Shown piece by piece: positions 58,938 through 64,000 of a stretch of 64,000 nt of DNA (its first letter is position 1; every line of letters begins with the position of its first letter). The position numbers were made by a program, and so were the translations under genes. The notes beneath the pieces are model-generated. The model saw only the letters and a program-made list of their open reading frames with translations. It searched no databases and was not told the origin of the DNA. Location of the stretch: the IMG/VR virus record IMGVR_UViG_3300010885_011343, positions 1 through 64,000 of that record, one strand, 5' to 3'. The DNA is from a virus.

Positions 58938-59890
58938 AAAAAATAGAATATATGAAATTAGTACACAACGAACAGTCTTACAATGACTGGTTTGTGGTCA
59001 ATTGGTGTTTAGGTAATACCTGCAATTTTAGTTGCTCTTACTGCCCCGACAACTTACACGACGGTAGTAAAAAATGGCCAGAGTTGGAAACCATTAAACA
59101 GTTTATACTTAAAGTAAAAAATCAACACTCCGGTAAAAAGTTATATTTTGATTTCACTGGTGGAGAAGTTACTTTATACAAACACTTCATTGAGCTTTGT
59201 GAGTTTTGCAAAGAACAAGACGTACGAGTTGGTATGATTAGTAATGGTAGTCGTACACTACGTTGGTGGGAAGAAAATGCACACCTATTTGATCACGTGT
59301 GTTTGAGTTTCCACCCCGAGGAAGCTAAGCCGGATCATTATTTGGCAGTGGCTAAAATATTAGAAAATAAGTTTAGGTTACACCTGAACATTATGATGAG
59401 CCCGGACAAGTTTGACGAATGCTATCAGGTTGCTCTTAAAGCAACAGAGTTGCAAAATACTAGCATTGCATTACAACCGTTAATACACGACTTTGGTGAT
59501 ACACTGTATGACTACACAGACGAGCAAAAGAAGGTCTTTGAAGATCAGTGGAAACTCATTGGCAGCAAAACTGTTTGGACTAAGTCATTGGAAAACTATC
59601 GTGGCGCAATGACAATGGTCACCGAAACAGGATCTAAAACTAGTTTGCCTCCGCACGAATTTATTTCTAAAGGGATTAACAATTGGTTTGGTTGGAAATG
59701 CTATTCTGGTGTAGAACAACTTATTGTAGATATGGATGGTAGTATACATCGTGGCTGGTGTAAAGTAGGACGCCCAATTGGCAACATATGGGATGAAAAA
59801 ATTCATTTCCCAAAAGATCCTATTACCTGCAATAAAGTAATGTGTCATTGTAACTTTGACATTATGTCTACTAAGGAAAAAGTTCAATGA
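58934..59890 (+). CDS. Radical SAM protein with C-terminal SPASM/Twitch-like domain
   Basis: CNFSCSYC, TGGE and SNGSR; C-terminal Cys cluster C...C...CxxxxCxC. Confidence 0.9.
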   Translation: MKKIEYMKLVHNEQSYNDWFVVNWCLGNTCNFSCSYCPDNLHDGSKKWPELETIKQFILKVKNQHSGKKLYFDFTGGEVTLYKHFIELCEFCKEQDVRVGMISNGSRTLRWWEENAHLFDHVCLSFHPEEAKPDHYLAVAKILENKFRLHLNIMMSPDKFDECYQVALKATELQNTSIALQPLIHDFGDTLYDYTDEQKKVFEDQWKLIGSKTVWTKSLENYRGAMTMVTETGSKTSLPPHEFISKGINNWFGWKCYSGVEQLIVDMDGSIHRGWCKVGRPIGNIWDEKIHFPKDPITCNKVMCHCNFDIMSTKEKVQ

Positions 59891-60933
59891 AGCAATTGGC
59901 TGTTGGGACTGACAACGGATACGTTAATGCCAGCATAGAGGATTTAATTAGTTCCAAGTTAAATCAATTTCAAGGATGGCACTGTCAAGCTGGCGTACAA
60001 AATTTGTATATAGACTTTGATGGCAAAGTTTGGATATCTAATTGTGCCAGTACGCCCGGGACAAATCGTGTACACTTCCAAGGAACAAGACGTTGGGGAA
60101 ATCTTGGCACTATAGAAGAAAAGTACACATTCCCTACCAATGGGGTGATCTGTCCAATGGCCAGCTGTGGTTGCGGTTCAGACATTGTAATCACAAAATG
60201 GTCCTCGGGCACAGAACCTGCGCACTCCAATGTTCGATTTGTGCCCTTTAAAGATGTCACAGAGATAACATCAGTCAGAACCAATTATCATATGCCCAAA
60301 CAAGTATTGTGGGATATAAGTCGCCGGTGTAATTATGATTGTAGTTATTGCTGGCCTGAGGTACATAATACCACAGATGAACATAAATCTTTGGCAGTAC
60401 TAAGATCGGCGGCAGATCACATCATTGACAATTGGGCCGGCGGTGAGGAAGTTCGTTGGTACTTTGGTGGCGGCGAACCTACTTTAAATCCAGACTTTGA
60501 ACCATTTGTTGAGCATCTAGCTAACAGGAATCAATGGATTATGCTAGTATCCAATGCAAGCCAAGGACCTAGCTACTGGGCAAAAAATGCTAACCACTAC
60601 AACACATTAATTTTTAGTGCTCATTTTGAATTTATGAAACCTGCGCTGTTTGCTAAAAATTATAAACAAGTTGGCGAAGTAATACTCAATGGCGCAACTA
60701 GATTAAACGATTTTATAGTAAAGCTAATGACCAAACCTGGAGAAATTAAACAGAGCATAGACTTTGTGAATGAACTAAAAGAGTCAGTTGGATACGACTT
60801 GTTAACAACGGGCAATAAAAATAAATTTGGATTTGATATGGTCCCACTGCGATCAATCAATGACGGCAGTAAGTTACATCCAGACTACACTGACAGCGAG
60901 TTGCAGGAAATTCTTGAGTTTAATAAGCAGTAA
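59887..60933 (+). CDS. Radical SAM protein with N-terminal SPASM/Twitch-like domain
   Basis: CNYDCSYC and GGGEP lie mid-protein; the Cys-rich auxiliary domain precedes them. Confidence 0.85.
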   Translation: MKQLAVGTDNGYVNASIEDLISSKLNQFQGWHCQAGVQNLYIDFDGKVWISNCASTPGTNRVHFQGTRRWGNLGTIEEKYTFPTNGVICPMASCGCGSDIVITKWSSGTEPAHSNVRFVPFKDVTEITSVRTNYHMPKQVLWDISRRCNYDCSYCWPEVHNTTDEHKSLAVLRSAADHIIDNWAGGEEVRWYFGGGEPTLNPDFEPFVEHLANRNQWIMLVSNASQGPSYWAKNANHYNTLIFSAHFEFMKPALFAKNYKQVGEVILNGATRLNDFIVKLMTKPGEIKQSIDFVNELKESVGYDLLTTGNKNKFGFDMVPLRSINDGSKLHPDYTDSELQEILEFNKQ

Positions 60934-60938
60934 TTAAA

Positions 60939-61988
60939 ATGAGATATAGGATTTTTTATATTGATTGGTTAAACAATTCTGGTACTAAATCTTGGATAGA
61001 CTTAACTCGTAGGTTTCCTAGTGTAACCCGTATAAGTCCCAAAGACACAATAGCAGAGACCTTAAGGTATTGTGCCGAGAATTCAGACACTGCTTATTTT
61101 TGGGTTGCTTCCAGTCTAGTAGACTACAAAAACTTTCATTTCAAGGATTACGGAGAATATGGCTTTGAACCGTATTTGCAAGTATTCAATTCTAGCACGT
61201 GGTTTGGTAGTAAAGAATACTTTAGACATTTGGACGGAGATTTAAAGTATGTTGAAGCATTTCCAAATTTACACTTTGTTAAAGACTCTACTTTAAAAGC
61301 CTCTGATGGATTGCTGGACATTGTCTACATAAGCAATGGCGAGCCGCTGGCAGAAAACCACTACCAGCACTTGCAAGAAACAGTAAAAACAGGCAATATG
61401 ATACGTAGAATTGACGGAATCAATGGCCGCACGGCAGCATATCAAGCAGCCGCTCGTGCTAGTACTACCGCCTGGTTTTTTGCGGTATTTGCAAAAATAG
61501 AAGTAGATCCGAACTTTGATTGGACCTGGCAACCAAAACAGGAACCTTGGCACACTATTTTTTATGCTAAGAACCCAGTCAATGGATTGACCTATGGGCA
61601 TATGGCTGTGGTGGCCTATAACAAATATCAAACTTTGGTCACAGACAAAACTGGATTAGATTTTGTAATGACTAAACCACACGAAATAGTTCCAACAATC
61701 AGCGGCACTGCACACTACAATCAGGACCCGTGGACCACGTGGCGTACAGCATTTAGAGAAGCAATTAAACTGAAACAAAGCAATAGCGACGAGTCTCGCA
61801 CTAGATTAAAGGCGTGGACTGATAAAGGAACGGGTAAATTTGCTACCTGGAGTAACAGGGGTGCTCGTGATGGTGCAAAGTACTACGACGAAGTCAACGG
61901 GGAACAAAGCCAACTGCTTCTTAGCTATGACTGGGCGTGGTTGAACGATCGGTACCAGTCTTTATACAGTCAATTACCGCCTCAGTGA
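60939..61988 (+). CDS. Two-domain glycosyltransferase-like protein, paralogue of 58044-58937
   Basis: DIVYISNGEP, NPVNGLTYG and WRTAFREAIKL; the DxD position reads FAK. Confidence 0.55.
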   Translation: MRYRIFYIDWLNNSGTKSWIDLTRRFPSVTRISPKDTIAETLRYCAENSDTAYFWVASSLVDYKNFHFKDYGEYGFEPYLQVFNSSTWFGSKEYFRHLDGDLKYVEAFPNLHFVKDSTLKASDGLLDIVYISNGEPLAENHYQHLQETVKTGNMIRRIDGINGRTAAYQAAARASTTAWFFAVFAKIEVDPNFDWTWQPKQEPWHTIFYAKNPVNGLTYGHMAVVAYNKYQTLVTDKTGLDFVMTKPHEIVPTISGTAHYNQDPWTTWRTAFREAIKLKQSNSDESRTRLKAWTDKGTGKFATWSNRGARDGAKYYDEVNGEQSQLLLSYDWAWLNDRYQSLYSQLPPQ

Positions 61989-63108
61989 TATATTCAACTT
62001 CGTTGTCGGTTAATTCTGGATATATCGGTAAACTTAATTCTGTTCTACAAAAAGATTCCCCATATGGGTATGCGCCCAATTGGCTTAAGAATTGTGTGTG
62101 CGGGTTGCAGGGCAGTTCGTTGAGCGGTGTTGAATAATGTATTTTGGTATCAATGCCGCGGTGTTCTAAGTTGCTTTTAACTTGGTTTCTAACTGGCAAA
62201 AATACTTGGTCACGGTGGGTTCTATTAAAAGCAAAAGAATCATCGATCCAAATTGGAAATTTATGCCAGGCGTGTTCTATATCATTGCTGGTCTCCGTCA
62301 CTCGTACGTGGGGCCGTAGGCGTTCACAGTAATATTCGGCAATTTGTTGTCGACGTTGTTGCCAAGTGTCAAAGTACTTTAATTTAACAAGCATCTGAGC
62401 GCAGTCTGACTCACTCATTTTACTATTAGTTCCGGTACTGATATGACCGTCGTCTTTACCATTGTCTCTTAAGTTGCGTACAGATTCTGCAATTTTCCAG
62501 TCGTCTGTAAGCAACATACCACCAGATCCATAGTTGGGTAAATTTTTAGTAGGATCAAAACTAAGAACACTAACATCGCCTAGCTTACCAGATGGGGTAT
62601 CTTTGTAATAAGCGCCAAAACTTTGTGCGGCATCTTCGATGACAAATAGTTCATCATTGTTAAAGAACTCGTTGATAAGGCGCATACGATCAAAGTCAAC
62701 TATGTTACCAAATAAGTTAACATACATCAACCCGCCAATTTTGTGTGTCCTAGGATGAAACGTTAATGTTTCTAAATCTATTAGACCGTGTTTGTCAACG
62801 TCACAGTAAACAGGATCATTGTTGGCCATAAGCACACTATTAGTAGTGGCAGCAAAACTAACAGTAGGAATAATAATCCTATCCTCTTTTAAGTCTGCGG
62901 CTATCTGTGCAAAGATTAATGCTTGGGTGCAACTATTAACAGCAAATGCATAGTCCCTGTGGCACCTTGCGGCCATTAGTGTTTCAAATAGTTTAGTCTT
63001 TTCGCCATCGAGTACTTGGCCGCTGGCGTAAACCTCATCGGCAGAATTGAGAAGTTCTTCTCGTAAATTTTCGTACTGTCTTTTCAGACCAAAGAACGGA
63101 ACTTTCAC
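61921..63108 (-). CDS. DegT/DnrJ/EryC1/StrS family sugar aminotransferase
   Basis: VNSCTQAL, IEDAAQSFGA, SFDPTKNL (PLP Lys), GGML and LSLPIYP; GTG start at 63108 couples to the epimerase stop. Confidence 0.9.
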   Translation of the reverse strand: MKVPFFGLKRQYENLREELLNSADEVYASGQVLDGEKTKLFETLMAARCHRDYAFAVNSCTQALIFAQIAADLKEDRIIIPTVSFAATTNSVLMANNDPVYCDVDKHGLIDLETLTFHPRTHKIGGLMYVNLFGNIVDFDRMRLINEFFNNDELFVIEDAAQSFGAYYKDTPSGKLGDVSVLSFDPTKNLPNYGSGGMLLTDDWKIAESVRNLRDNGKDDGHISTGTNSKMSESDCAQMLVKLKYFDTWQQRRQQIAEYYCERLRPHVRVTETSNDIEHAWHKFPIWIDDSFAFNRTHRDQVFLPVRNQVKSNLEHRGIDTKIHYSTPLNELPCNPHTQFLSQLGAYPYGESFCRTELSLPIYPELTDNEVEYITEAVIDCIKTGTDRSTTPSHS

Positions 63109-64000
63109 TTTGCAATTTTTTGTTGCCAATACGGGCTAGTGCTCAGCCAATCGTAGTAGTGTTGAAACCCTTCTTCTACATCTACTTTGGGTGAGAATCC
63201 AAAGTCATTGCGAGCGGCATCGATGTTTAAAGCGCCACGGCTAGGAAAGTCTGCATCTTTATCTCGCACATTGATATTGCCCTGGCCTACAACTTTAACA
63301 GCAAGCTCGGCAGCTTCAAGTAGTGTTCTGCTATGCGACTTGGTGATGTTATAAGTCTTATTTTCTGTGTTATCACTGAGTGCGGCTGCTACAATACCAT
63401 CGGCAGCATCATCAACATAGGTAAAGTCCAGTGTTTCATTGGCACCATTTACGTTTAACGTGCCGCCTCGCATTGCGGTAAGCATAAACTTAGCAATAAC
63501 TCTATCCTCTACATCCAACGGTCCATACACAGCACTGGGACGAATAATAGTGTAAGCAAGATTATCTCGGCGTGCATAGTCTTTAACCAGCCATTCACCA
63601 GCTAGCTTCATAATGCCATATTGACCTTGTGGGTTGCACACTGCATCTTCTGTAACATCGTCAGTGAAGTCTCCGTAGACCATTGAGCTACTGATGTAGA
63701 TAAACTTTCTTGTTTCGTATTTCTTTGACGATTCTAACAGGTTAATCAACCCTTCGCTCATAACACGACTACCCCAGGCTGGATTAGCATTGACAACTTT
63801 TTGTCTAGGGAAGCTGGCCATATGAATAACAATTTCAGGCTCGTGCAGTGCAAACGCCCAGTCTACGTTAGCAGCCAGTGATATATCAATAGGATATACC
63901 CACGGGTTGGACATATCAATTTTCTTTGTACGCTCTACCATAAGGTAGTTGAGTTCTTCCTGATCAACAATACCATAGTTAGTGCGTATATCTAGGATAG
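63105..64000 (-). CDS. NAD-dependent sugar epimerase/dehydratase (extended SDR), 5' end outside the window
   Basis: ISSSMVYG, YGIMK (YxxxK), RPSAVYGP and DFTYVDD; frame stays open to the right edge. Confidence 0.9.
   Translation of the reverse strand, partial: ILDIRTNYGIVDQEELNYLMVERTKKIDMSNPWVYPIDISLAANVDWAFALHEPEIVIHMASFPRQKVVNANPAWGSRVMSEGLINLLESSKKYETRKFIYISSSMVYGDFTDDVTEDAVCNPQGQYGIMKLAGEWLVKDYARRDNLAYTIIRPSAVYGPLDVEDRVIAKFMLTAMRGGTLNVNGANETLDFTYVDDAADGIVAAALSDNTENKTYNITKSHSRTLLEAAELAVKVVGQGNINVRDKDADFPSRGALNIDAARNDFGFSPKVDVEEGFQHYYDWLSTSPYWQQKIAK

Noticed and set aside
1-64000. Alternative genetic code (stop-codon reassignment)
   Set aside because: Core genes are full length in the standard code, and TAA, TAG and TGA all end genes.

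Overview
This window is a 64-kb segment of a large T4-superfamily (myovirus-type) dsDNA phage genome in the standard genetic code; the host cannot be determined from this window. From left to right: (1) 1-14115, minus-strand accessory virion and fibre genes, including a four-gene block (two paralogous subunits, a 1791-aa periodic-repeat protein and an Ig-tailed protein) and a PA14-domain protein; (2) 14760-23510, the head module (major capsid gp23, scaffold gp22, protease gp21, acidic core protein, portal gp20) and a tape-measure-like gene; (3) 23559-24619, a gp26/gp51-like pair joined by an in-frame -1 slippery site; (4) 24620-29680, an ORF-free, highly structured ~450-nt element directly downstream of a minimal GIY-YIG gene, then dCMP deaminase, gp46/gp47 and the late sigma factor gp55; (5) 29744-55722, baseplate and tail genes (hub, gp5-like spike with a lysozyme domain, gp25, gp6, a 3991-aa wedge protein, collagen-like and chaperone-bearing fibres); (6) 55755-64000, a glycosyltransferase, radical-SAM and amino-sugar cluster. 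TAAATA late-promoter boxes precede most structural genes. Best candidates for undescribed biology: the putative large pseudoknotted ncRNA coupled to the GIY-YIG gene, a possible ruler-built filament appendage module, the gp26/gp51 frameshift, a putative virion-glycosylation pathway with a domain-permuted radical-SAM enzyme, and a promoter overlap that could autoregulate gp55. No tRNA, CRISPR array, integrase or transposase was seen. All protein assignments come from motif recognition and synteny, not database searches.
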